The notes under the pieces are model-generated. The model searched no databases. It saw only the letters and a program-made list of their open reading frames with translations, and was not told where the DNA came from. From assembly GCA_965153285.1 (NCBI GenBank), contig OZ229114.1: a stretch of DNA of 64,000 nt; one strand, given 5' to 3'. Source of the DNA: Podarcis tiliguerta. Lineage: Eukaryota. The position numbers and the translations under genes are program-made. Below, one piece after another: positions 36,125 to 49,359 of this stretch. Every line of letters starts with the position of its first letter. Position 1 is the stretch's first letter.

Positions 36125-39100
36125 CTCTGCATGTTTGTTCAGTCCCAAGAAGCAAAAGGGGGTGACTTCTCATTTAAGGGATTACAGCCTTACTATACTA
36201 GCTGCAGCCTTGATCCTCAATCTGTGTTTATTGTGCCTTAAACCTGATCCTGGTTGTGATCCAGTTGTGGACACAATAAGGCCAACCACTGCCTAAGTCT
36301 GATTAAACCACATTCATTTGTGGAATGGGCACACAAGTCATCTGTAAACCTCAGTAGTTTAATTGTATTTTTGTAGCCTCATCAAGCCTGCAGATTCTAC
36401 CTCCTCAGTCATGCAATCTGGGTGCATATCCCATTCCTGGGAGAAAATACATTTGCTTTGACTTTTTCTTTCTCCACACTGCTTGCACTAGTATTTTGAC
36501 TTTTGATATGCAGAAATAAGATACTAAGTGGGGTATTCAACTCCAAGTAGACACATTGTAATTAATGAACATGACAAAGTTAGGTCCGTTAATTTCAGTA
36601 GGTCTATTCTGAGTTTGCTTATTTGAGTACCTTCCTAAAACTGGTGAAAATATGATAAAACAATGAAAGCAGAATATTTTACATGATGAAGCGATCTCAG
36701 GAATCACATTTCATTTTCTAATTGAAATCAAATATACATCTAATCCAGTGATAACAAGTAGAAAGTTACTGATTTATATCCAAGTGTCCTAAGAAAGAAA
36801 ATATTTGTGGAAAAGAATGAGTTTGGCAAACCAAAAGTTCTCATTCCTATGAATAAGAACCATTGCCAGACAACACTTTGCTTTTGTACTCAGTCATTGT
36901 CAGGAAAGATGGCAATTAACTATGACCTAATGAAGCTCTGGGTGTTTTTTTTAATGCTGTACATATATAATGTTTGTGTTTACAGTTCCTTCTGAGTTGC
37001 ATGTATAAAGTCGTGCCTGCTTTGTAAATACACTCAGCTTTTTATGGTTGTGAAGCACCACCTCAGATATATATTGGATTTCATCTTGAAGTTGTTGGTT
37101 TTGGGTTGTTGCTGTGTTTTTTTTTACCATTTTAGAGGTCTTTTTCAGTTGATTAAATTTGATACAGACAATTATCAGTAAACAGTTAACACATATAGTT
37201 AAAATTGCAATATATATTTAGGCAATAATGCTTTTTTAAAAGTGAGCAATTTATTTACTTGACAAAATAGATTTACAGTGTAAGCCTATATGTGTCTGCG
37301 CAGAAGTAGGTCACTGAGTTCAATGGGGCTTACTCCTAGCTAAGTAGGTATAGGATTGCAGCCTTAGTTTTAGCTATAGCCCCTTGTGAGAAAACAGTTG
37401 CTGAACATATAACATAGAATCATATATCTTGCAAAAGATACCTGTTCAGCAACATTTCTTGGACTCTTGTAAACAAACTTCAAGACCAATTCAAAAACTG
37501 AATTGTTGAAACATAGGAAAATGTTATCTGCATGCAAAATGAAGATATCCATTTGCATTTGGTGAGCTCAATAAATATTCACAGTGGTTTCAAAAAGTGA
37601 AATGTATTCATATTTGGTCACTGAGTTGTGCTTGCTGCAATTTTTTAAACTTGCCCAAGATTGTATATTAACACTGCCAGTTGCATGAAAGAAGTGGTGA
37701 AGGAATGGGTGTTAACAATTTTGATATTGAAATGAAACATTTGTTAAGGATTTTGTTTTGAAAGAAGTGAGTTTTCTACCTGTGCTTCCATTTCTCTAAA
37801 ACTAGCAGACTGGGAAATAACTTTGATTTTATTATTGCAATCTAATCCTTAGAAAAACGGCATTGTTTCAATCTGCTTCTTTAAAAATATTGCACTCAAA
37901 ATTTGAGATGAGTGCCTTCTAGACTTGCCTCCTTGGCAAGTCTAGTACATTCTGTTTTACATAATATCATGTACACCGCAGGAAGGCAGAATCCAGACTT
38001 GTGAGATGTACTGTTCTTTGTTTTTACTAGAATATCAAGATCCTGAAACCACAGCCAGATACAAGATACAGTGATAGTTTGGAATGGGGCTAGTTTGATA
38101 AATGTACACCTAGAATTAAGGAACAGGGCACCTTGAACACATGCTCAGCCCCGTAATTTGTTCTCAGTACCAGAACTGAACTCACTGTTTCTTCACAGAA
38201 AATTCTATGCCCAGTTTCCTCTAAAGCTTTCTTATTCTTGATAGTCCAATTTTGAAAGAGTGAAAAGCCTTTTATGTTGGCGTTATTACTATTGAAAAGC
38301 AGAAATCCTTGCTGATATACTGCAAATAGTCAAGAAATCTACTTGCAGATCCTGATCTATTTCCATATCCATCCAGAAACACACTCACTTTTAAGTATCC
38401 TGAAAAGGTTGCTTTTGCAAGATTTTCAGATTTAGCAGTTTGACTTGGGTATACAGTGAGTTAACTTGGTACGTTTGAAATCAGATTCTTACATGAGATT
38501 TGTCCTCCTAATATAATTGAGAAGTACATTGCTTAATATTTTTCTTACCAATGAAAAACTCAAATAGGCCAACATTCCTTTTTAGCTCAGTTGCAGCGCT
38601 TTCTGAATACAGTAATTATGTCAGTACTGCAGGATAAATGGCAGCTAAACATATAAAACTCATCATGTGAAATCTTACAGTTGTAACTCAAGGATTTCAT
38701 CTAGTGACAGCAGTTTTAACAATTATCACTCATTTATGTGCTTTATGAATGCATTGCCCTACCTAAGTCTGTTCTCAGAACTATGTTAACACTTAGTTTG
38801 TATTCTTGTAATACTCAAATGATTCAGACAATATTTTAACGTTTTGTGTATGTATTTATAGGTATGTGTGATTTGTTCTTGTAATCATTTTATAATATTA
38901 AATATGATTATTTAGAAATTATACATTTAAAGCTACTGTGTAATGATATGTAGCAGTATTTAAATGTGTGTGAAAAGCATGTGATTTTAGCTTCTTTTGT
39001 ATAATTAATCCAAAGAATAGAGAATCTGTATGTTTGTAAACAAATCTATTCTTGGTGTAATCTTTGCCAAAAAAATCAAATTCTGAATAAATATTGCTAA

Positions 39101-40127
39101 TTTGCATAATTTTTGTTTGCCTTTTTTCTTGTTTTTTTCTCATTGAGAATTTTATCCAGCCAGAGTTTGGAAAACACAGATTCATAAAGATTGGCCATAT
39201 GATTCCCATGCTTATATACTCTGACTAAACCTCCTTTGTTTTTCACTGCCACATGTATGTTAGTTTTTCACTTCTTGCAGATGGAAATATTTATTTTCCC
39301 TGTGCTCAGAAATACAGTTTACTATTGCTGGGAAGATGCCATTTTGCACAGCAAGCACTGCTGTTTTCTGAGTTTTATGTCATGCTGGCTCAGACCAAGT
39401 CTTGGTCTGTTCACAAGCCAGGATATACTTAAAGATGAAAATTCAGATTCTGCAATAGATTTGGTACAAGGCTATATGCTACTGAGCTTATATAATCGTG
39501 CTTATAACTGCATCTGTCAGCATGAAAATCTCCATTACTCAAAGTATGTGCCCTTAGTCTGGTGTCCAGTTGGCAAGTTCCTTGCATACTTGTAACTCAG
39601 TAAAAGATCACAACCTTGGCACTGTAGGTCCTTTTATACACACAGTTTTAAAGTATCAAAGCTGAGACCAGTTTATAATACTTTGGTGTGCTGCTCCTTA
39701 TTCAGTTTAGAGTTGCAGATAGGAACTAGGATATGAAAAATACTGTGTGCTGAAATACCGTAAGTTCAGAGCCACCTCAAAGCATGTCACTGGTGCCTAC
39801 TTCATTATATCTACCACCTTATCACATTCAACATTGCAGATAACTTGGTTGTTATAATTCCTCCTCTAAACACTACCAATATAATTTTTGAACTCGCAAG
39901 ATCAAAAACGGTGGTCAACCAAAATTTTCTCCCAAGTAGCAATTTCCACAACAAGCTTTCCATCAACCTACACTGTCTGAATTATTACGGGGGTGGGGGG
40001 ATAGATCCTGTTCCCTAGACTATTAACAGCTAAGCATCAAAAATGTCACCCATTTTCACTACTGTTTGTGCACTTAGAGCCACTGGTTCACATGGTGAAC
40101 AGGACTGACAGCGAAATTACTTAAAAC

Positions 40128-40300
40128 CATGGGCAAAGCCAAGGGGGGCAGGAAGGGGCAGCTGCCCCCCTAGATCAAGTAAAACAATAGAAATACTTAA
40201 CTTACTGACCAATCACGACAGTTCTGGTCCCCTAACAAAACTTCTGGCCCCCCCAACAAAGTCCTGCCCCCCAATAACAAAAATCCTGCCTACACCCATG
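40128..40300. mobile_element. hAT-type MITE
   Basis: TIRs CATGGG / CCCATG with G-rich and C-rich subtermini; TSD CTTAAAAC / CTTATAAC. Confidence 0.7.
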
Positions 40301-40949
40301 CTTATAACTGTAAAGTTATCAGCAACAAAAAACCCATTACATATCACCATGTTCACAGAGAACACTGCCCTATTTATATCCAACCTGAATAATTAGATCC
40401 CCATGTTAATGTTGATGAAGAGTTATGGGAACTTGGCGAAAGAGTTTGGGAGCATCATTTATCTCAGGAAAGGATTCGTCAAGCCTGGAAAAAAGGTGGG
40501 CAGCAGATATGTGGAGACGAGGAATTCCCCCCTCTTCTTTCTTTTGGACTCCCTGTTCGTGAGAGATCAGCTGAGAGATCTCCTCCTTTCCGGTTGCATG
40601 TGATCTATATACTAAAGGCCAACCCATTGCCCAAAATCACAGTTTAAGGAGCCGTTCAAAAATCTACCACTACATTGGTTCTAGGTTCATTTTAAATTTA
40701 GCCCGATTGGGGGGGTGCTGCTGCTCTATAACGGACCAGCTTCCCAAATTCTAACCCCTAATATTGCAAACTAGCAGTCCCTTTTTTATTATTATTGTGG
40801 GGCCCGAATTGCTACGGGACAAAAACAATGTTGCAAAAAGCAATTAAAAATCGCCAACGACCAAGGCAACAGGTGATAAAACATTAGTCATAAGAAGAAA
40901 GGAAAAGCACTAAAAAAAAAAAAAAAACTTTCTCAAGGGAAGAAAGAAA

Positions 40950-41560
40950 GAAAGAAACCAGCGCCTCGGGCTCCTCGGCTCCTGCAGCCTCTGGGCTTTA
41001 GGACGCAGCAGATGCTACGCGTCTGCAAAGAGAGCGCCCTGCCGGCGGCGCCCCCTCGCGAAACCGGCTTCTCCCAATGCCCGCCCCTTCTCCGCTCTCC
41101 GCCTGCGCAGCCGCGCCCCGCCGTCGCCGTGACGGGCAGGCGAGAGGGGACGGAGTTGATGGCGGCTGCGCGGTAGAGACGCTGGCCTCGCTGGAGCGCA
41201 GGGCTGGGCGGAGGCGAAAGGGACTGGCGGCGGCGGCGGCCCGTCGGGACGTCTTCGGCGAAGGCGGGTGAGTTGCGCGGCCCCGAGTCGGGGCTCCGCT
41301 TCCCGCCCGCGGGGCTGAGGAGGAGCGGGGCGTTTGCGCGCGGGGAGGAGAGCGCCCCCCTCTGGCGCGGGGCCTCGACTCTGGCGGCAGGCGCGGGGGT
41401 CCCCTTCGCAAGAAGAGGGTGTCGAGGCGCTCGCCTCCGCGGGAGTCCCCGAAGTTTGCTCGCTTGTGCAACTCGGTCGGCGCGGGAGCCGAAAAGTCCC
41501 ATCTCGCACCCCGAACCTGGCCGTGCTTACTTGCTGCTGGAAGGAAGACCCGCGGTAGCT
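40950..41560 (+). promoter_or_regulatory. YEATS2: YEATS2 CpG island promoter and non-coding exon 1 (donor 41267/41268)
   Basis: Very high GC and CpG density, GC boxes, CCAAT at about 41074, (GGC)n run, perfect donor CGG|GTGAGT; lies 2.8 kb upstream of the YEATS2 ATG exon. Confidence 0.8.
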
Positions 41561-44051
41561 TATGGTTAACTTTACTCCAAGTTAGCCCTCTGGGAGCTGC
41601 AGTTTTGCAGACGGGTCCTAAGCGCGTTTACTTGCAGGCACGTGCAGCCCCAGTCCCGCGTCGAGTTTGCTACCTGTCCCACGGACTGCAACTGGTTCGC
41701 CTAACTTTGCAAAGGATTGGGCTGTTAAAGAGGGCAGTCCGATTTCTGGCCACCTGGAAACAAGTTGCCAGGCACATGTAGGACCAGAGCATTGTTGTTT
41801 CTCAAAGGGGTCTTCTCAAAGGCCACCCTACTGAGTTTTGTTGCAGATTATTATCATGATGGGTGAACATCTTGCTGGAAGCCATCCTTGGTGTGCTTTT
41901 CCTTGATGCTCCTGCAGTCATTCAGGCTTGTTCTGAAGACCCTCACAAAGTTGGCTCCTAATAGCACAAATGGCTCCTTCGCAAACTAGCATGCCACAGT
42001 GACTCACTGTTCCTGTGCCAGCTTCCTTGTAGCCCCATCATAACTTGCTTTCCAGTGCAATCTTATATGCCTACATCTATTCTGATGTAAGCCCCATTGT
42101 GCTTAGTAGGACTTACTCCCGCTCAAATGAGCTTTTAAGTCCCACAGTGTTTGGTAGTAATGCACCAAAGCAGCATTTTGTAATGCCTTAGAATAGCTTG
42201 AGCTATCAACTTGTTTTGCTTTGGTCACTCGTAGTTGTGATTTGGTAAAGATCTTCAGTTGGAAATTGAAATACTATTCTGCTCGTAATAGAACATGCTG
42301 GGAAACTTGAGCTTCAAGAAAACGATTACTTTCACTTGTCTAAAAGAGTTTTTATTCAACAGGGGTCACTGAAAAGGAAACTGAGCAGCCTTCAACAGAG
42401 ATTCGGTGACATTTGAAGGAAAACAGATTCTGCCTTTTTGACACATCTGAGGTAAAATATTGCAGAAAGGTTTTTTTCCCATTCATAATGGCCTTTCATT
42501 GCCTTTCTGAGCGAGTCATTCACCGAAGACATCCATGTATTCACTCACATGTCTTTGCACATAACTTTGCTAAGGAGAATGAACAGCAAAAGGAAGGTTT
42601 CGACAATGTATGAAGAAGTAATTGTGCAGGATTAGGGGCTTTGTTGGTGGCTGCTCACACATTCGCCCTCTCTAGGCATTCTGATGCCAGGTAGAAGAAT
42701 AATCCAAGGGGGGCACGGGTGGTAGCTCTGTACCCCCTTGTTGCCATTCTCTTCACCCCCCATGAGTAGTAATGTGAAGAATAACTGTCTGGTGTCGCAC
42801 ACAACAAAATGAAAATAGTTCATCATAATAGCAGATTATGCAGTAATAGTAGCCCTCAGGTGTTCTGATGCTGTGTAGATAAATTATTGCAATAGATGCA
42901 CACACACAGGGATGGATATGCTGCTTTGTCCTTTGTCATTCTCTTCACCCTCCAAGTTAGAGGACAATTGGGAGCCTTCTGAACTCACGACACATTTTAG
43001 AGCCCCGGAAAACACACTTCTGGAGTGTGAACACAATAAGTCTGAATACCTTGCTCATCCCTATGGGGTGCCCTCATTGTAGTTGCTCTCCATAGCTTCA
43101 GAATGCCTGACTTAACACTATTGTTACTGCAAAATCTGTGGACTGGACTCTTTTCACTTTGTTATTTGAGGCTCCATTAGGATGATAACTTTTCAGAGAT
43201 TTGGAGGCTGTATAGTGGAGCTGTCTTTGCCTGTGGTCCAGCGGTTTATTTCAAATTTTTTAATATTGTGTTTATCCTGTCATGGTCTTTGGTCACCTCG
43301 ATTTAGCAGGCATTTCAGATGGTACCTCCCAAAAAACCAAGACAAACTCGTCGAAATGTAGCCAGCAATAGATGCGCGAATGTGTTTTTGTGTGACTATT
43401 GCTTTTGATAGTTCAAAGAAAAACAAGGTATTTACTCTGATTCATAGACCAAAAGAGCTTTTTTTAAAAGAGGAAAATACGAAAAAAGAAAAATAGGACA
43501 GGTTCTTACCGCAAAGTAGCTCAATTCATAATCCAGTTTGAATGAGCTGAATTACTTTATAGATCTTTGTGGAGTTTTGGGAAGCTGTTGAGACAGAAGC
43601 CCAGTTCACATATTACTTGTGTGTAGGTACTCAAGATTTCAAGCTGATGCAGGGCTGTGTTTTTCCTGATATTGTGGTGTTCTGCTAGCTCTACTATCTG
43701 ATGTCTGCAAGTTGAACTGCTTGTGTTTAAGTGCACAGGGTTCTTAATCCTGCAGAGCCCCTAATTGTTAGCAGTTGTTCATGTGTAGGGGTTCCTTCAG
43801 AGGCAACCATGTTTCAATGTGCCATCATCAGAGAGTAGATATAGCAAGACATTCTGAGATGAAAAGTGTGGTCCTGTTCTGGATTGAAACTACGAGAGCC
43901 CTACACACAAGTAGCATATAAATAGATCTGTATTCTTCCTCCCAGTTGGAAGGTTTCCTTCTTCTGCAATGTGACATAAATGAAAAGATGTTCTCAGATG
44001 TTTGAATTCACTGTCTGTCCCCCCCCTTTCCCTCTAGAGAAGTCGCCAAAC

Positions 44052-44151
44052 ATGTCAGGAATCAAAAGAACTATAGAAGAAATGGACCCAGACTACGAGG
44101 AGATCTCACATGTACCTACAAATAAACGTCATAAAGCAGTTGAGCAGTCAG
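44052..44151 (+). CDS. YEATS2: YEATS domain-containing protein 2, first coding exon (exon starts at about 44038)
   Basis: MSGIKRTIEEMDPDYEEISHVPTNKRHKAVEQS matches the YEATS2 N-terminus; donor G|GTAAAA. Confidence 0.93.
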
Positions 44152-44498
44152 GTAAAAAATAAATTCGAATATTGAAGTGGGACAGAGATAAGAGGAGAAG
44201 AATATAGTCTGTCTATAGGGATTGGTTTGTGTTAGATTTCTAAAATATGCAGAACACTGCTGTTTTTCTTTCACACTAATAGAATTGGTTTCAATATTTC
44301 TTTGTGTGAAATTCAAGAGCTTGACTGATGGATCAAGTGCCACCGCTTCCCATTTAATTTTATTAAAAACTTAAATTACTATAGCCAGACTGAACGTGAA
44401 CTGCAATAATACTTGGTTTTACAACATTCTTCTCACATGTTCTGTGGCAGTGGATTTTTTTTTTTAACCACCACCTGCACCACAGCTATGATCTAAAT

Positions 44499-44501
<3 letters not shown>

Positions 44502-44561
<60 letters not shown>
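44502..44561. repeat. Compound (TC)n(AC)n microsatellite
   Basis: Direct reading. Confidence 0.97.
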
Positions 44562-44563
<2 letters not shown>

Positions 44564-45055
44564 ATATAAAAATATAAAACATTTGGTCCCAGCTATGCAT
44601 CTAACCAATTGTGTAGTTTGGTCCACGTATGGATTGCTGAATTTATGTGTCCAACTAGACTTTTGATGAAGATCTCCTGAAATGGATTGAGTGATTGACT
44701 GTTTAACTTCATCAAGCCCTTGTAAGAGGTTTCTTTCACCAATCTTCAGATTTTGGAGCTGTCATTCATGTGTTCATGTATCAGTTATTGTATTGTGGTT
44801 CTTTAAAATATTACATATTATTCTTGTATTATTTTAAAATGGGTGGGTGTCACACATGGGTGCACGCACACATACAAACAAATAAAAATGGCGTATTTTT
44901 TCATTTCTTCATACTTGGCCTGGTCATTTTGATACTAAAAAGTAAGCCAGAAATCCACATCGTCTTCCAGGCATAGAGGACTGTGTTGTTGCAAATGGCC
45001 TTAACTTTCTTGCCCATAAGAATATTCTTCTTCTTTGTGGACTCTTCCTGGACAG

Positions 45056-45153
45056 CACGAGATGCTGCAGTACAGAAGATCGAGGCAATTATTAAAGAGC
45101 AGTTTTCTGTAGAAATGAAGAATAAAGAACATGAGATTGAAGTCATAGATCAG
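45056..45153 (+). CDS. YEATS2: YEATS2 coding exon 2
   Basis: ACAG|ARDAAVQKIEAIIKEQFSVEMKNKEHEIEVIDQ|GTATA; 98 nt. Confidence 0.95.
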
Positions 45154-45256
45154 GTATACAGATTTCAAGCTCAGTATTCTGTGGGAAGGGTTACAGTCAC
45201 TATACTTCATAACGGGACTTTCATCTTCTCCCCACCCCCCCCACCCCTTTTCATAG

Positions 45257-45349
45257 CGCTTGGTTGAAGCAAGAAGAATGATGGATAAACTGCGAGCCTG
45301 CATTGTTGCAAACTACTATGCTTCTGCTGGTCTTCTTAAAGTTGGAGAG
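45257..45349 (+). CDS. YEATS2: YEATS2 coding exon 3 (coiled coil)
   Basis: CATAG|RLVEARRMMDKLRACIVANYYASAGLLKVGE|GTAAA; 93 nt; not in the ORF track. Confidence 0.95.
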
Positions 45350-45598
45350 GTAAAACTGATAGCAAGGAGCATGTGACTTTTTGAAAGAAAAAAAAAATTG
45401 CATTTACTACAAAGGAAAACCGCCAGATGTTTGGTGGTCTGCAACCTCCAAGGAAGCCATGGTCAGATAGGTGCTTCTGCTACACTCTGCAAGTGTTTAT
45501 CAGCACAGTGTATACTTTGAACAGGTGGACATGTTACTTTCTGTCATAACTTTAATTCTGAGCAAAATTGAAGTGTGCTGCCTCCTTTGTTGTTTCAG

Positions 45599-45838
45599 GG
45601 AACCAAGACCTGTGATCCTATGGTTTTTAACCATCCATCTATCAAGAGATTTTTGGAATCTCCCTCCAGATCATCATCTCCTGCTAATCAGGGGTCAGAA
45701 ACTCTGTCAGTGAACCATTCAGAGAGTGAATCATCCCAGCACATGGACTATTTGATGGGAAAGGACAATGGCAACCTGGATGTAGAAGAGCGATTATCAA
45801 ACAAGCTCGACCAGAGGCTGAGGAAGAATTCTGGGCAG
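45599..45838 (+). CDS. YEATS2: YEATS2 coding exon 4
   Basis: TTTCAG|GTKTCDPMVFNHPSIKRFLESPSRSSSPANQ...RKNSGQ|GTAAA; 240 nt. Confidence 0.94.
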
Positions 45839-46789
45839 GTAAAATGAACCCGAGGTGTGAAAACAAGGCAGGAGGAAGGGGGGGAAATAGTGTTCTTTTG
45901 TATTCAAAGGCAGACATGGCAAATATATTCTTGACTTCTGCTGTGCCTTCTGAAACCCACAGAGATGGTTTCATCTTCAACACCCCTCATTAGCACTGTT
46001 GTAGAAAGGGGTCAATTACAGGTCTCATTATATTGCTTTTTGCTGCCTGTTTTCTGCTGATGTAGCACTATGTGCAGTGATAATTTCAAAATCGTTGTGC
46101 TCCATCATCCACAACACCCCCCCCCCCCCCCGTTCTTAACTTTATTTTCCAGCTTCTAAAAATATATAGAACAAATAATCCCTGTATACACTTCTCCAAG
46201 AAATGTTCCATGCTTATACAATTCAAATAATACAGTCAAGCATTGTTTGTAGATAATTTAGATGTGATTACGTCAGTTAGGTGCTTTCTGGTCCATGTCT
46301 AGGCAGATTGTCCCAGAGTGAGTCATTAATAACATTAAATGGCTCAAAGTTAGTTCAGTTTCTACAACAGCTTTGGGGAGGGCAGAGAAATGGGTTATTT
46401 TCATCTTAGTTTTTTTAATGTGAGAGAATTACGGTCCCTGTCCCTCAGAGGAGTGAAAAGAAATTTAATCCCCAGTAGTGGCAGACCTTACGTGATGAAG
46501 CAGAAAAATCCTTTCAAGGAATGTACCTAAATTGACCTTTTTTTGTTCTGCAGCAGCTCTGCGTCTCCCTACTCTTGCTTAGATTTGCAAATGTGCTAAA
46601 TATCTTTAAAACGGGTATTTTAAAATAAGCTGGTCGTTTTATCATTTTCAGGGTTGTTCTCTATTAGCCTTTTACTGCATACAGGTGTATGTCCTTTTTG
46701 CAACTTAAACCAGTAGCTGCATCTTCCTTGCAGGGGGGTAAAATGTTTGCGTAAGCAGATTTCTAAACAGATTTCTGTTTTGTCCTTAG

Positions 46790-46905
46790 GGCACTTCTGG
46801 TGTTGCTAGAGGTCACAAAGGGGCCCTGAGAAATGCTGGTCACTCAAATGATGAACATTCGCGGCTGTTTGTGAAGAAAACCATAGTGGTTGGCAATGTC
46901 TCCAA
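46790..46905 (+). CDS. YEATS2: YEATS2 coding exon 5 (start of YEATS domain)
   Basis: CCTTAG|GTSGVARGHKGALRNAGHSNDEHSRLFVKKTIVVGNVSK; donor AA|GTTAGT; 116 nt. Confidence 0.92.
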
Positions 46906-47037
46906 GTTAGTACCTGAAGTCTTGTTCTTGTGTATTCTTTGACTGTTCGCCTGGAATGTGGATCGCATCTAGAGAAATAGCTAAACAATGTGTGCTTTAA
47001 TATTTCAAAATGTTTGTAGTGGAATTGATTTAAGTGA

Positions 47038-47220
<183 letters not shown>

Positions 47221-47757
47221 TAACAGCACTTTCGGTGAAATTTCCAACTTGCCCCAACTGACTGACAGATTTTCAGAACCTCAGTGATTTTTACTTAGGG
47301 GTGGGGTTCCAGTACTCTGGGAAGGGGGTTCAAACCCTCTCTGGCTGATATGTGGCATCATATGCCCAAGAAGGTAAACACAGAAGAGAGCATAACCCGT
47401 CCCCTACCTGCTGTTTTTCAGTCACGATCTTATGCATGAGTAAGCCTGTATCTGGAGCCCAGCAGAAATAAAAGGCATACTGAGCAGAAAACAGATGGCA
47501 GAGATTGTGTGGAGCAGCTCAGCTCCTCACCCCATCTGTGTGTCTTCTCAGAATTTCAGCTTTCTGTCTGTTTTTCTAAGCATGGTGCTGAGATGTGTAT
47601 TTAGCTATATCGCAGCTGGGGAACCCACGGTTCTTCAGATGTTGTTGGCCTCCAGCCAGCTCCCACTAGCCCCAACCAACATGGCCAATGGACAACGATG
47701 ATGATTATTACAATTTATTACTCTCCCTTCACCCTAAGGTTCCAGGGCAGGTTACTA

Positions 47758-48048
47758 GGTAAAAAGGTAAAGGTAAATGATCCCTGGTTGGTTAAGTCCA
47801 GTCAGAGGCAACTATGGGGTGCGGCATTCAACTCACTTCAGGCTGAAGGTGCCGGCATTTGTCCACAGACAGCTTTCCAGGTCATGTGGCCAGCATGACT
47901 AAACCGCTTCTGGTGCAACGGGACATCGTGCCAGAGTGCATGGAAATGTTGTTTGCCTTCCTGCCACAGCAGTATCTATTTATCTACTTGCACTCGTGTA
48001 CTTTTGAACTGCCAGGTTGGCAAAAGCTGGGACAGAGCAATGGGAGCG
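47758..48048 (-). mobile_element. Sauria SINE with 8-bp TSD, nested in an older LINE tail
   Basis: (GGTAAA)n tail and the same body as the other copies; TSD GGTTACTA at 47750-47757 and 48049-48056. Confidence 0.8.
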
Positions 48049-48536
48049 GGTTACTAAATGAGGAACACAATGTTAATATTAAAACACAATTTTAAACAGC
48101 CCAGCAAACAATTTAAAACAACTCAACATTACAAAAATAAGATTGGTCCTAAAAATATACACCTCAAGCGTCAAAAGCCAGGGTAAAGAGTCTTTAGCAT
48201 TTGCCCAAAGCTGTATATGAAGGTGCCAGACACCTCTGAGGGGAACTGTCGTACAACATAGGGAGGACCACAGATTATAAAACCTTTCTAAAGTCAAATA
48301 GCCAAGACTGCAAATATTAGGGAGGCTTGAAAAATTTGAGTAGTATGTTCAGTACTTAAGATCCTTAAAATTCTTTGGCACTGTCTCGAATACTTGAATA
48401 TCACTATGGTAACTCTTTGCTGGTCTTCCACCTTATGTGGGCCTTGTTGCTTGTTCTGCACCTCCAAATCCCAAGCTCAGAAGTATCGTGTATGTAGTGG
48501 AAGACTTTTGTTTTGAAAAATGATCCTTATTTCTAG

Positions 48537-48648
48537 AGAGCCTCCTTTCCACCTGACTAGACGGGGCTGGGGAGAGTTTCCTGTCAGGGTTCAGATTCAT
48601 TTCAAAGACAGCCGGAACAAAAGAATTGATATCATACACCATCTGAAG
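48537..48648 (+). CDS. YEATS2: YEATS2 coding exon 7 (YEATS domain, GWGEF motif)
   Basis: TTCTAG|[37 protein letters not shown]|GTAAC; 112 nt. Confidence 0.96.
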
Positions 48649-49314
48649 GTAACTTCGCTGCAGTGATAATGCATAGATGAAAATACTCTCTTTGTATTTT
48701 TATTGTTTTGCTCTCACAAGAAGTAACACAGTAAACCCTGTTTTCTATGCTAGTCCTTTTATGGTTCAGAATAGTTGTGTCTTCTGTGATGCAATGCTCT
48801 TCTCAGGGAAATAAGTATGGCTCCCTCTTGCTTGGCTTTTAGAAGAGTCCTAACTTTTTTCATATTATAGTTTGCTTTGGGGTGATTTTAGGGCACTGTG
48901 TTTTATTTACTGGTTTTATTTTATTTAACAAAGTTTAAATACTACTTGATTGTAATGAAATCTCTAAACCTAAAACAGAACAGCAAATAGCCCTCCATGC
49001 TCACACAAGTCAAAGTGCATAGTATCCAATGCCAGTCATTCTGGCATCTGAGACAGAAAACCCTACATGTATATCTTCCCCAACCCTACTCCCTGCAGTT
49101 AAAATACAAAATAAGAAATTAAAAAGTCAACAACTTTCTGGCATTTTGTGGTACCCCAAACCAACTGCATGGGGCAAAACCTCACTCTGCCTATTGGCAG
49201 GGCCAGTTCTGTTTATTGCTATGTGTCTTTTTAAAGTTTTGTGTATGTGTGTGTATTTGCTAATATTTGTGACAAAGACACCTAAACTTTTCCTTTCCTA
49301 ATTGTTTCGTACAG

Positions 49315-49359
49315 TTGGATAGGACATACACAGGTCTACAGACGCTAGGTGCTGAAACG
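49315..49359 (+). CDS. YEATS2: YEATS2 coding exon 8 (45 nt)
   Basis: GTACAG|LDRTYTGLQTLGAET|GTATG. Confidence 0.93.

Larger units (their letters stand above)
32507..39100 (+). other. KLHL24: Probable long 3'UTR region of KLHL24
   Basis: AU-rich stretch after the stop codon with no recognisable coding ORF, with PUF elements and candidate poly(A) signals AATAAA (about 37570, 39086) and ATTAAA (about 38897). The true end is unknown. Confidence 0.5.

Noticed and set aside
40933-41781. Several long overlapping Arg/Pro/Ala/Gly-rich ORFs on both strands
   Set aside because: These are expected in a stop-poor CpG island and show no domain similarity; the region is explained as the YEATS2 promoter and exon 1.
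41268-44037. Searched YEATS2 intron 1 for the TTTTA/TTTCA repeat linked to human familial myoclonic epilepsy
   Set aside because: No pentanucleotide array is present.
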